Assembly (NCBI GenBank): GCA_965263035.1
Contig: OZ253580.1
Location: forward strand, 5,920,001 to 5,984,000
DNA from: Acidobacteriota bacterium
GTDB lineage: Bacteria; Acidobacteriota; UBA6911; RPQK01; JAJDTT01
Direction: 5' to 3'
DNA length: 64,000 bases
The notes under the pieces were generated by a model. That model did not search any database, had not been told where the DNA came from, and worked only from the letters and a program-made list of their open reading frames with translations. The position numbers were made by a program, and so were the translations under genes. This document shows positions 7,371 to 17,313 of the stretch, in pieces; position 1 is the stretch's first letter; each line of letters starts with the position of its first letter.

Positions 7371-9797
7371 TCAGGTGCCGGGTGCGGTTTCGATAACGAT
7401 CTGCTCGTAGACGCGACGGGCATGATCGTAGGCCCTGCGTGCCGCGTCCTTCTCCGAGTCGCGGATCCTGGCGCGCTTCATCTTCCAGCATCGATCCACG
7501 GCCTCACGACACCATTCGGCGCTTCTGCGTGAAGCCCGGACCGGCTTGTCGCCCACCAGGACGAAGATGGGATTGGTGTGGGAACTGGCAAGGACCCGCA
7601 GAGCGACCCAACTGGACCGGGTGAGCTCATGATCGAACTCGATCTCGTTCCAGTCGCCGTCAGCCGTCACGACTCGAGTCTCCACGGACTGACCGTTGAC
7701 CACCAGTTCCACGGGAACCTCCCGGCTGGTTCCCCTGCGGGCCCGCTCCAGATGCCAATAGGGAGGCTGAGTCAAGCCTCGGGACGCAATCACCGCGCCC
7801 ACGTCATCCTGTCGTTCCGAAAGGTAGGCAGCGACTCGGGCTTGGACCTTCACCCTGCCGGGAGCGGCCAGTCGGAGCTCACTTCCCTGGGTACCCAGTT
7901 CCCGGTCCTGCACCTGAAAGCCGATGATGTGGGATCGGCCGTCGGAGACGTAGCTCCTACCGGCGCGGATCTGCTCCATGTAGCGGTCGAAGTCCAACTC
8001 GCCTTCCAGCTTCGCGTAGCTGCGAGCCATCCCGATGCGGTCATCGTAGATGCACGGGAAATCCGTCTCTCCACTGATGCGGGTTCGGAACCCGGAGTTC
8101 AGGGCGTGGTACCAGATGTTCAACTCCCAGGGCAACGGTGTGTCTCCGGCGGAGATGAAGTCCACCGCGTCGTGGGTCACCGACACGATGTATTCATTGG
8201 CGCCGATTCCGTCGAATTTGGCCATCACGTAGTTGGGCAGCTCGGTGGTGAACTCCATCGGCTCCAGGCCCCAACCCGAGTGGGAGTAGCCGACGACGGC
8301 TCCCTGACCTTGACCCCACTGGAGGACGGGAAGGGTCCAACTGGGCCATTGCTGAACCCGGGTCGTCCCGGGGTAGTCGTCTTCCCGGAGCCGCAGAAGA
8401 CAGAGATGGCCCGCGTGCGAGGAGGGAAAGCCGGAAACCTCCACGTCATAACGCATCAGGTTGTTCCGGGTGGAGAGGGAGTGCACCCGACCCTCGAAGT
8501 TCTGTTTCTGGTGATACCAGCACGGTCCCCAGGTCAGGACGCAGGCGATGTTCAAGTCTTCACCCAGCGCCTGGCGCCACATGTGAGACGGCTGGACGCC
8601 CTCGTCGGGACTCTCGTAATGGCTGCACCCGGCCGCATGGACATGGTGGTCGGCGCTGTACCAGCCGAGAGCCGCCAAATGCGTCCAGCGCTCCAGCCGG
8701 AAACCGATCTCCTGCTCTTCGACACCGGGACGAACGCGGACTCTTCTGTTCTGAACCAGGTATTCGGGACCGCGGCTGACGCGAATTTCGTACTCGCCCG
8801 CCGGCAGGAACACATGCTCCCCGTCAGCACGGTAGACCTGCGGGTGGAAGTAGAAATCAGGATATTCTCCGCGGGAGAGCCGCCGCGACGGCAGTGGATA
8901 GACCCCCACCAGACGGCCGACGGGGGACGGTGTGTCGCCGATGCCCCGGGTCCGGTCCCACGGACGCCTCAGCGCCCGCGCCAACCGGTAGTCGGAGGGC
9001 AACCGATTCAACTCCGGTTCTTCGATCACCCGTTCGATGCCGTCGGTGATGACGAACGAGGCCATGGTGGGAGTACCGTCGTGATCCTTGACCCGGAGCC
9101 GGACCCGGACCGCAGGACGGCAGTCGAAGAGGACGTCCACGCTGTTGCGAAAGCCCAGATCCTGGGTCCCCTGCCCCACGTGGAATCCGATCTTGGCTTC
9201 GCGCAACCCTTGTTCCCGAGTGTAGATCTGGATGATGGCGTACTCCAGCTTCAGACCCGAAAGATGGCTCCGCAGGGGGCGGCGGCCATAGACGGCCAGC
9301 TCCAGGAAACGATTGGCCACGTCTCCGTCCGAGAGCACGTTCACCGGTTTGACCCGTTTCGCCCCCGTCGACTTGTGAAACAGCGGCAGCGCGTTGGGGC
9401 TTTCGGCGTGGAGCTGGGCGTTGACGGCGGCGTCGTTTTCTATCTTGACCATAAAGCTGGTCCACCCGCCCTGGACCAGAAGCGGAGCCGCCGGGCCGCG
9501 CAACACTTTGACCCGAGCCTCCGGGTTGATGGACACCATGGCCAGGCAATACGGATCCAAGAGGGTCTGGATTTCACGAACCACCGAGTCGGAAGGAGCC
9601 TGATCCCTCAAGGCCTGGATCCGCTCCCAGTCCCGGCTGTTCAAACGGCTGCCCAGGAACGAGAGAGCTTCCCCCAAGCGGACGACCTGCGCCACCAGAG
9701 GCTGGGGCTCGACGTCCTGAACCAGTGGAAGCGCCTGTCCCGGGAGAAATGACGGAAACGATGCAGAGAGGACGATCAACGCCAGGGCCTGTTTCAC
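7371..9797 (-). CDS. CehA/McbA family (PHP-like) exported metallohydrolase
   Basis: WYSADHHVHAAGCSHY, SSHAGHL, SGETDFPC and C-terminal SSHTNPI; signal peptide; AAGGAGG RBS. Confidence 0.85.
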   Translation of the reverse strand: MKQALALIVLSASFPSFLPGQALPLVQDVEPQPLVAQVVRLGEALSFLGSRLNSRDWERIQALRDQAPSDSVVREIQTLLDPYCLAMVSINPEARVKVLRGPAAPLLVQGGWTSFMVKIENDAAVNAQLHAESPNALPLFHKSTGAKRVKPVNVLSDGDVANRFLELAVYGRRPLRSHLSGLKLEYAIIQIYTREQGLREAKIGFHVGQGTQDLGFRNSVDVLFDCRPAVRVRLRVKDHDGTPTMASFVITDGIERVIEEPELNRLPSDYRLARALRRPWDRTRGIGDTPSPVGRLVGVYPLPSRRLSRGEYPDFYFHPQVYRADGEHVFLPAGEYEIRVSRGPEYLVQNRRVRVRPGVEEQEIGFRLERWTHLAALGWYSADHHVHAAGCSHYESPDEGVQPSHMWRQALGEDLNIACVLTWGPCWYHQKQNFEGRVHSLSTRNNLMRYDVEVSGFPSSHAGHLCLLRLREDDYPGTTRVQQWPSWTLPVLQWGQGQGAVVGYSHSGWGLEPMEFTTELPNYVMAKFDGIGANEYIVSVTHDAVDFISAGDTPLPWELNIWYHALNSGFRTRISGETDFPCIYDDRIGMARSYAKLEGELDFDRYMEQIRAGRSYVSDGRSHIIGFQVQDRELGTQGSELRLAAPGRVKVQARVAAYLSERQDDVGAVIASRGLTQPPYWHLERARRGTSREVPVELVVNGQSVETRVVTADGDWNEIEFDHELTRSSWVALRVLASSHTNPIFVLVGDKPVRASRRSAEWCREAVDRCWKMKRARIRDSEKDAARRAYDHARRVYEQIVIETAPGT

Positions 9798-9991
9798 GGT
9801 GGGCCTCCTTTCAGGGTAAGAATTGCGGTTTCAGGCTACCACAGGGGAAAGGGACGACTCCTCCGATTCCTTGAAATGCCCCTCGGCGGCCGATATTCTT
9901 CTGGCGGAACGGCCGGCGGCGCCACGCCGCCGGACACGGCGGCAACCGCCGTCCAAGATCCGTCCAACGCCAGTGAAAGGAGCAACGAGTC

Positions 9992-10885
9992 ATGCCCGAC
10001 GCAGACCGGCCAAGTGAAGCCAAGGAATTCTATACCGATATCCCCGCAACCAATAAACCCTTCTTTCTGAAGGGATCCAACGCTCTGGATTGGGGAATGC
10101 AGAACCGCCTCTCGCGGATCTTCAATCCGGCCTCGGGGCGCACCGTCATGCTGGCCGTCGACCATGGCTACTTCATGGGGCCGACCACCGGCCTGGAGCG
10201 GATCGATGTTCGCATCGTCCCCCTCCTGGACTATTGCGACGCCCTGATGCTGACCCGGGGGATCCTCCGCACCACCATCCCCTCCAGTTTCGGACGGGGC
10301 ACCGTGCTCCGTGCCAGCGGCGGCCCCAGCATCCTCAAGGAGCTTTCAGATGAGCAACTCGCCCTGGACATCGAGGATGGCCTCAGAGTCAACGCCGCGG
10401 CCCTGGCGGTCCAGGTCTTCATCGGAGGCGAGTACGAGAGCCAATCGGTCCTGAACATGACCCGATTGGTGGATCTGGGCAACCGCTACGGAATGCCGGT
10501 TCTGGCGGTGACGGCGGTGGGCAGAGAGATGGAGCGGAACGCCAAGTATTTTCGTCTTGCCTGCAGGATGTGCGCCGAGCTGGGAGCTCATATCGTCAAG
10601 AGTTACTACATTCCCGACGGTTTTGAGACCGTGACCGCCTCGTGCCCCGTCCCCATGGTCATGGCCGGCGGAAAGAAGCTCCCCGAGTTGGATGCCCTCA
10701 CCATGGCGCACAACGCGGTGCAGCAGGGAGCTTCGGGCGTGGACATGGGCCGAAACATTTTCCAGAGCGACACTCCACGAGCCATGATCAAGGCGATCCG
10801 CCAAGTGGTCCACAACCAACTGAAACCCAGCCAGGCCTACGAGCTCTACCAGGACCTGAGAGCGGAAAGTCTGGCCTCGGCCTGA
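9992..10885 (+). CDS. lsrF: LsrF-type class I aldolase/thiolase (DeoC/FbaB family)
   Basis: [60 protein letters not shown]. Confidence 0.9.
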   Translation: MPDADRPSEAKEFYTDIPATNKPFFLKGSNALDWGMQNRLSRIFNPASGRTVMLAVDHGYFMGPTTGLERIDVRIVPLLDYCDALMLTRGILRTTIPSSFGRGTVLRASGGPSILKELSDEQLALDIEDGLRVNAAALAVQVFIGGEYESQSVLNMTRLVDLGNRYGMPVLAVTAVGREMERNAKYFRLACRMCAELGAHIVKSYYIPDGFETVTASCPVPMVMAGGKKLPELDALTMAHNAVQQGASGVDMGRNIFQSDTPRAMIKAIRQVVHNQLKPSQAYELYQDLRAESLASA

Positions 10886-11000
10886 CCTTCTGCCGGCGGC
10901 TGGACGCAGACCTGTTTTTCCATCGGCTTGGCACCAACGATCCGATTACGCCCGGCGGCCGCTGGGGCCGGGACGGTCCGGAACACACGGAACACGGAAC

Positions 11001-13109
11001 ATGCAAAGCCGTTGGTCCGACCAGGAGGCCGAGCGGTTCGTCGCTCGGTACGCTCGCCGCTGGGGCCGGGACCTGGCGCTGAGAACGTATGCTTCGCGCC
11101 TCCTGGGGCGGGCGCCGGCCCTCGTGCTTCACGGAGGCGGCAACACCTCGGTCAAGACCCGGATCAGGAATCTGCTGCAAGACCGAATCTCCGCCCTCAT
11201 GGTGAAGGCCTCCGGGCACGACCTGGCTCGGATCGAGCCCGAGGGACATACGGGACTGGACCTGAGCTACCTGGTCCGCCTTCAGGGTCTGGATCAGCTT
11301 GACGACCGGGAGATGGTGGACCAGTTCATGACCCACCGGCTGGATCCCCGGTCCCAGGTCCCTTCCATCGAAACCCTGGTGCATGCGTTCCTTCCTCCCA
11401 AATTCATCGATCACTGTCACGCCGACGCTATTCTGGCGTTGACCAACCAACCCAATGGAGAAGCACTGGTCCAGGAAGCTCTCGGCGACGATGTTCTGGT
11501 CCTGGACTACTTCGAACCGGGGTTTTCCCTGGCCAAGGCGTCGGCCGCGGCGTTTCGCCAAGCTCCGAACCGGACGGGCATGGTCTGGATGCGGCACGGT
11601 CTGGTCACCTGGGGGGAGACGGCCCGGGAGTCGTACGAAACCACCATCGATCTGGTGAGTCGTGCCGAAGCCTTCCTGGCCGGAAAGACATCTCGATCCC
11701 TCTCGTTGCGGGTCCACACCTCCCAGGAGACGGCGCATTCCAGATGGAATCGGGTGGCGCCGATCCTGAGAGGGCTTCTGGCCCGGGCAACGGGTCATCC
11801 CGACCGGCCCTGGGAGCGCGTGATCCTGATTCCTCTCCTTTCCCAGGGCACATTGGACCTGCTGAGCTCTGATGAAGGCAGGTCTCTTGCCGTCACCCCG
11901 CCCCTGACCGCGGACCACTTGATCCGAATCCGGAATCTACCGCTCTGGATCGAACCGCCGGAAAACGACGATTCCCACGCCTGGAAGGAACATATTCCCA
12001 AGGCCCTGAGCGAATACTCCGAGGGGTACGAGGCATTCGTGCAACGCCACCAAAGGCCGGGCTCGGCGGCCGAGTCCGGCGCTGACCTCTCGCCTCGCCT
12101 CATCCTGATTCCCGGAATCGGGGCTGCCTGTGCCGGACGAGACGTCAAGGCGGCGAGAATCGCACGGGACATCGCCCGGCAGACCTTCATGGTCAAGGCC
12201 CGAATCGCCCGCATGGGAGGAAGTTACCAGGGACTTGACGAGTCTCATCTGTACCTGATGGAGCACCGCGGCATCCAACAGGCCAAGCTGTCCGGCGGGG
12301 AAAGACCTTTGCGCAGCCATGTCGCCGTCGTGACCGGCGCCGCAGGAGCCATCGGTTCGGGCATCAGCCGGGGCCTGCTGGAGGAGGGCTGCCACGTGGC
12401 CGTGACGGATCTCCCCGGCGCTCGGCTGGATGGCCTGGCCGCAGAGTTGAACGGGAAGTTTCCCAATCGGGTGATGGCCGTGCCCTTGGACGTTACCAGT
12501 GCCGGATCCGTCGCCGAAGCCTTCGACTCGATCGTTCTCCAATGGGGAGGCGTCGATCTCGTCGTCATCAATGCCGGCGTCGCCCTGACCGGTTCGCTCG
12601 CCGAGATGGACAGCGGGGAGTTTCGGAAATCGGAGAGAGTCAACGTCGAGGGGACGCTTCACCTGCTGTCACGGGCCGCTCGCCACTTTCGGCTCCAGGG
12701 TACCGGCGGAGACGTGGTCCTGGTCTCCACCAAGAACGTCTTCGCTCCCGGGGCCGGCTTCGGCGCCTACAGCGCCACCAAGGCGGCCTCCCACCAGTTG
12801 GCTCGCATCGCCAGCCTGGAGTTGGCCGAAATGGATGTCCGAGTCAACATGGTGGCTCCGGACGCCGTTTTCTCTGATGGAAACCGAAGATCAGGCCTCT
12901 GGGAGCAGGTCGGACCCGACCGCATGCGCGCCCGGGGACTGGATCAGGAAGGCTTGGAGGAATACTACCGGACGCGAAACCTCCTCCAGGCCCGGGTCAC
13001 CGCGGATCACGTGGCCCGCGCGGTCCTCTTCTTCGCTTCCCGCCAGACGCCCACCACCGGGGCGACCCTTCCGGTGGACGGAGGGTTGCCCGACGCCACT
13101 CCCAGGTGA
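11001..13109 (+). CDS. Bifunctional class II aldolase / short-chain dehydrogenase
   Basis: LVLHGGGNTSVK, PSIETLVHA and DHCHAD aldolase half; TGAAGAIG and YSATK SDR half. Confidence 0.92.
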   Translation: MQSRWSDQEAERFVARYARRWGRDLALRTYASRLLGRAPALVLHGGGNTSVKTRIRNLLQDRISALMVKASGHDLARIEPEGHTGLDLSYLVRLQGLDQLDDREMVDQFMTHRLDPRSQVPSIETLVHAFLPPKFIDHCHADAILALTNQPNGEALVQEALGDDVLVLDYFEPGFSLAKASAAAFRQAPNRTGMVWMRHGLVTWGETARESYETTIDLVSRAEAFLAGKTSRSLSLRVHTSQETAHSRWNRVAPILRGLLARATGHPDRPWERVILIPLLSQGTLDLLSSDEGRSLAVTPPLTADHLIRIRNLPLWIEPPENDDSHAWKEHIPKALSEYSEGYEAFVQRHQRPGSAAESGADLSPRLILIPGIGAACAGRDVKAARIARDIARQTFMVKARIARMGGSYQGLDESHLYLMEHRGIQQAKLSGGERPLRSHVAVVTGAAGAIGSGISRGLLEEGCHVAVTDLPGARLDGLAAELNGKFPNRVMAVPLDVTSAGSVAEAFDSIVLQWGGVDLVVINAGVALTGSLAEMDSGEFRKSERVNVEGTLHLLSRAARHFRLQGTGGDVVLVSTKNVFAPGAGFGAYSATKAASHQLARIASLELAEMDVRVNMVAPDAVFSDGNRRSGLWEQVGPDRMRARGLDQEGLEEYYRTRNLLQARVTADHVARAVLFFASRQTPTTGATLPVDGGLPDATPR

Positions 13110-13184
13110 TCCCAGGCGAATCCCGCCATCGAAACACTCGGAACGGACTTTCCTCAGGACCAGTAATGGGCTTCCCGGCTATAG

Positions 13185-13343
13185 TAGCCCGTGGCAAAAG
13201 TCATCGCGGCATTCGACCGTCCCTGCATCGTGCGCGGACTGCGTTGCTATCGGCTCACATACTCCCGGTATGCTCCCTCATCGCGCCTTGTCCGGCGGGC
13301 GCAGGAACGGTCTCGGTGCTCGCGCGACTTTCACCACGGACTG
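13185..13343. mobile_element. MITE copy 1 (~159 bp fold-back element)
   Basis: Ends tAGCCCGTGGCAAAAGTC ... GACTTTCACCACGGACTG; flanks ATAG/CTAG; homologous to the copies at 19617 and 33795. Confidence 0.85.
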
Positions 13344-15171
13344 CTAGATCCAGCCCGGAGGAGTCCGGATCCGGAGAGGCCTCCACGGCTCGAGGCTCCA
13401 GAGACAATGGGGTCCGGGAACGGCTCAAACGGTCCCGAAGTTTGCTGCTGGCTTCGAGATCCAGATCCTCACCAGCGGATCGGAGCACCACGCCATACTC
13501 GGAACGCGCCTTTTCGACGCTCACCTTACCTTGCCGGACGTCTTCCCGTACGGCCTCCGGGTCCCGGCACAGGGGATCGCCGTAGCCTCCGCCTCCGGCC
13601 TGGACCAGATGGTAGACGTCCCCCTCCTTCATGCGAAGCAGGAATTTGGAAGGCAGCGCTCTGGCTTCGGTGGCGGGATTGAGCGTGTTGCGAGTGGGTG
13701 TCCCCGGGCTCCCGCCCTGGTTGCCCCAGGGAAGGAAACGCGTCCGGTCCGACCGGACTTGCAGCGTCGCTTCCGGAGCCAGCAGCTGAAACTCCCGGAC
13801 CATCCCCAGACCGCCTCGATACCGGCCCGCCCCCCCGGAATCGGTCACGAATCCATAGCGCCGGATCAGGAGCGGCTGATCGGCCTCGATGGTCTCCACC
13901 GGAGTGTTGGCCATGTTGGTGATGGGGGCGGTCACTCCGTCGGCGCCGTCGGCTGAGGGACCGCCGCCGCGAGGTCCGTCATTGTTGAATTCCAGATAGA
14001 CGAAGGGCTTCCCGTCCGGATAGTAGCCCCCGACGCTGATGCCGACGTCTCCTCCACCCCAGGCCGCCGGCACCCGATGGGGCAGCGCCTTTGCGAAGGC
14101 GCCGAAAACGGCGTGGCCGACCCGGAACCCGCCGAGACCTCGGGCCGCCACCGCCCCGGGATGCCGCGGATTGACGAAACAGCCCTCCGGCGCCACCACG
14201 TGAATGGGCCGGAAGAAACCCGCGTTGGCGTTGATGCCAGGGTCCGTCAAGCACTTGAAGACCGCGTAGACCGTGGACCGGGTGAAGGCGAAATTGGGGT
14301 TTATGGAGCCGCGAGCCTGCGGCGAGGTGCCGGTGAAATCCACCACCATCTCATCGCCGTCGACGGTGATTCGAACTCGTATGGCGATGGGATCGGGGTC
14401 CAGGCCGTCGCTGTCGATGTAGTCCTGAAACTCCCACGAACCGTCAGGCAGCTCCCGGATCTCGGCTCGGGTCAGACGCTCCGTGTGGTCGATAATGCCG
14501 CGCATGTGCTCCTGGAGGCGATCGATGCCGTACTCCCGGGCCAAACGGAGCAGCTCCTTTTCCCCCTGCGCCAAGGCGGAGATCTGAGAGCGGAGATCTC
14601 CCAACACCTTGTCCGGAACCCTGACGTTGCGTGCCACGATGCTCCAGACGGCCTGATTCAGAGAACCGGCCTCGACGAGCTTGAGGGGAGGAAGCCTCAA
14701 TCCCTCCTGATAGATCTCGGTGTTGTCACAGGCGTTCCCCCCGGCAACCCGCCCCCCGATGTCGGTGTGGTGAGCGATCACGCAGGCCCATGCCAGGAGT
14801 CGACTTTCCAGAAAGATCGGCTTGAACAGAAAGATGTCGGGGAGATGGCTGGCTCCGTCATAGGGATCGTTGTTGGCGAAGATGTCTCCGGGTAGAACGT
14901 CGTTCCCGAACCGGCGGCGAACCGCAGCCAGAGCCGGTTGCATGGCGCCCATATGGAATGGGAGCGTCAATCCCTGGGCGACCTGTTGCCCCTCCGGGTC
15001 GAAGATGGCGGTGGAGAAGTCCATCCCGTCCTTGACCACGGACGACGACGCCGTTCGCACCACCGTAACGGCCATGGTATCGGCGGCGCTGTAGAGATAA
15101 TTCTTGACGATCTCCCGGGTCCACGGGTCCCGGGACGATTCCCGACCAGCCTTCACGCTCCTGCTATTCAT
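13255..15171 (-). CDS. Hydantoinase B / oxoprolinase family protein
   Basis: NNDPYDGASHLPD, AHHTDIGG, IYQEGL, DSGGAGRYRGG, GGGGYGDP; the last ~30 codons lie inside MITE copy 1. Confidence 0.93.
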   Translation of the reverse strand: MNSRSVKAGRESSRDPWTREIVKNYLYSAADTMAVTVVRTASSSVVKDGMDFSTAIFDPEGQQVAQGLTLPFHMGAMQPALAAVRRRFGNDVLPGDIFANNDPYDGASHLPDIFLFKPIFLESRLLAWACVIAHHTDIGGRVAGGNACDNTEIYQEGLRLPPLKLVEAGSLNQAVWSIVARNVRVPDKVLGDLRSQISALAQGEKELLRLAREYGIDRLQEHMRGIIDHTERLTRAEIRELPDGSWEFQDYIDSDGLDPDPIAIRVRITVDGDEMVVDFTGTSPQARGSINPNFAFTRSTVYAVFKCLTDPGINANAGFFRPIHVVAPEGCFVNPRHPGAVAARGLGGFRVGHAVFGAFAKALPHRVPAAWGGGDVGISVGGYYPDGKPFVYLEFNNDGPRGGGPSADGADGVTAPITNMANTPVETIEADQPLLIRRYGFVTDSGGAGRYRGGLGMVREFQLLAPEATLQVRSDRTRFLPWGNQGGSPGTPTRNTLNPATEARALPSKFLLRMKEGDVYHLVQAGGGGYGDPLCRDPEAVREDVRQGKVSVEKARSEYGVVLRSAGEDLDLEASSKLRDRLSRSRTPLSLEPRAVEASPDPDSSGLDLAVRGESRASTETVPAPAGQGAMREHTGSM

Positions 15172-15180
15172 GACGACCGA

Positions 15181-17301
15181 TCAAGCCTCCCGTTCCAGGA
15201 TAATGTTCAACCGCCGGTCGAGGCGGGCGCTCCAGCCACTCGGGACCAGGGTCGTGGAGTCGTATTCTTCGATCAGTGCGGGACCGTAGAGGTTCTTCCC
15301 TTCCAACTCCAATCGGCCCAGGACGGGTGCTTCGATCCACTCCGATTGCGACGGCCCCTGATAGATCCGCCGGGACCGCTCCCTGGGCCGAAAACCGTCG
15401 CTGGACAGAGAGAGGGTCTCGGGAACTCGAGCCACCTGGTCCAGACCGCGCGCCCGGACCCGGAGATTGACCAGTTCCAGCTCGGAATCCAGACCATAAC
15501 CGTAGTTGGCCTCATGCTCCCGGTGGAACGCAGCCTCCAGCGCCTCCAGACCGTTCCGATCCAGGTTCGGACCCTCGAATCGCACGCTCAAATGAGAGGT
15601 CTGCCCCTTGTACTTCAAGTCCGCTTCGGTCACCAACTGCTGGCGGCCGGCTGCAAACCCTTCCTGCTCCAAGAGGCCGCAGGCCTGCTCCCTCAGGCGG
15701 TCCAGCGTCCGGTTCATGGACACGAGCCCCAATTGGGAGAGGGACTTCACCTGGGCCTGCACCAGGTGGTGCTCCACGTCCGAGAAGAGGAGGCCGAAAC
15801 AGCTGAACACCCCGGGTGACGGAGGGATGATGATCCGGGTCATTTGCAACAGCTGAGCCAGACCCGCAGCGTGGATGGGCCCCCCGCCGCCGAAGGCCAT
15901 GAGGGTGAAACGGCGCGGGTCGCGGCCTCGTTCGCTGGAGACGGCGGCGACGGCCCGGGCCATGTTGGAATTGGCCAGCTGATGAACACCCCAGGCCGCT
16001 TCGACGGTGGAGACACCGAGCGGGGCCGCGAGCCGACGCTCGATGACCGCCCGCGCTTGGTCCGCGAAGATCGGGAAATCTCCGCCCAACAGGTACCGAT
16101 TGTTGAGAAACCCCAAGACCAGATTGGCATCGGTGACCGTGGGGAGGTCGCCTCCCTGGCCATAACAAGCGGGACCGGGAACCGCCCCCGCGCTGTCGGG
16201 CCCGCAGGCCAATGCCCCTCCCTTGTCCACTCGGGCCACACTGCCGCCGCCGGCACTCACTTCCGCCAGATCGATGGAGGGAACCCTCAGGATATAGCCG
16301 GAGCCTTTCAGCAATCGATGTCCCGAGCTCATTCCCCCGCCGACCTCGTACTCACGGGAAAACAGGAGGTCCCCCTCCTCGATGATGGAGGATTTTGCCG
16401 TGGTGCCCCCCATGTCCAGAGTCAGGACGTTGGGCAGGTTCAGTCTCGCCGCCAGATGATGGGCGCCAACCACGCCGGCGGCGGGCCCCGACTCGACACA
16501 ATGAATCGGCTCCTCCGCAGCCCGCCGGACCGATGCCCTTCCCCCGTTGGATTGCATCACCGTCAGGGGGACACCGACTCCCAGGTCTCGAAGCCCCTGA
16601 TCGAGGCGTCCCAGGTAGCGAGCCACGATGGGACGGATGTAGGAGTTGATCACCGTGGTGCTGGTTCGCTCATACTCTCCGGTTTCGGCCAGAAGCCGGC
16701 TGGAGAGAGACAGGCTCAGGCCGGGGATCTTCTCCTCCAGGATTTCTCCGATCCGGGTCTCGTGACGAGGATTGGCGTAAGAGTGAAGGAGACAGACCGC
16801 CACCGAACGAATCCCCTCATCCAGCAGCACTTCGGCCGCTTTCTCCACGTCGGACTCCACCAGAGGCGCCAGCACGTCGCCCCGGTAGTCCGTGCGCTCC
16901 CGGACTTCCAGCCGCAGACGGCGTTCCACCAGTGGGGGAGGCTTGCGATAGTAGAGATCGTAGAGACGCGGCATTCGGAGACGCGAGATCTCCAGAACGT
17001 CCCGGAATCCTTCGGTCGTGATCAACGCGGTCTTTACTCCTCGACCCTCCAGGATGGCATTGGTGGCCAAGGTGAAGGCGTGGCTCACCTCGGAAAGACG
17101 GTCGGCCTTCGTTTCCAAATCCCGCAGGCCTGCGTCTAGAGATTCAAGTACGGCCCGACTGTAGTCGTCGGGCGTGCTCACGATCTTCTTGACGTGGACA
17201 TCTCCCCGGTCCGAAAGGAACACCACGTCGGTGAAGGTCCCCCCGATATCCACTCCCACCCGGTATCCGGGCGTGTCGGACCTGACGCTCTTCTTCTGCA
17301 T
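15181..17301 (-). CDS. Hydantoinase A / oxoprolinase family protein
   Basis: GVDIGGTFTD, EYERTSTT, SGPAAG, DMGGTT, SAGAVPGPACYG, FGGGGPIHA. Confidence 0.95.
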   Translation of the reverse strand: MQKKSVRSDTPGYRVGVDIGGTFTDVVFLSDRGDVHVKKIVSTPDDYSRAVLESLDAGLRDLETKADRLSEVSHAFTLATNAILEGRGVKTALITTEGFRDVLEISRLRMPRLYDLYYRKPPPLVERRLRLEVRERTDYRGDVLAPLVESDVEKAAEVLLDEGIRSVAVCLLHSYANPRHETRIGEILEEKIPGLSLSLSSRLLAETGEYERTSTTVINSYIRPIVARYLGRLDQGLRDLGVGVPLTVMQSNGGRASVRRAAEEPIHCVESGPAAGVVGAHHLAARLNLPNVLTLDMGGTTAKSSIIEEGDLLFSREYEVGGGMSSGHRLLKGSGYILRVPSIDLAEVSAGGGSVARVDKGGALACGPDSAGAVPGPACYGQGGDLPTVTDANLVLGFLNNRYLLGGDFPIFADQARAVIERRLAAPLGVSTVEAAWGVHQLANSNMARAVAAVSSERGRDPRRFTLMAFGGGGPIHAAGLAQLLQMTRIIIPPSPGVFSCFGLLFSDVEHHLVQAQVKSLSQLGLVSMNRTLDRLREQACGLLEQEGFAAGRQQLVTEADLKYKGQTSHLSVRFEGPNLDRNGLEALEAAFHREHEANYGYGLDSELELVNLRVRARGLDQVARVPETLSLSSDGFRPRERSRRIYQGPSQSEWIEAPVLGRLELEGKNLYGPALIEEYDSTTLVPSGWSARLDRRLNIILEREA

Positions 17302-17313
17302 CCTTTTTCCCGA

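Noticed and set aside
7578-9752. 724-aa plus-strand ORF and similar long antisense ORFs (17194-18813, 32116-33807)
   Set aside because: They are stop-poor shadows of real genes in high-GC DNA and have no recognisable motifs.
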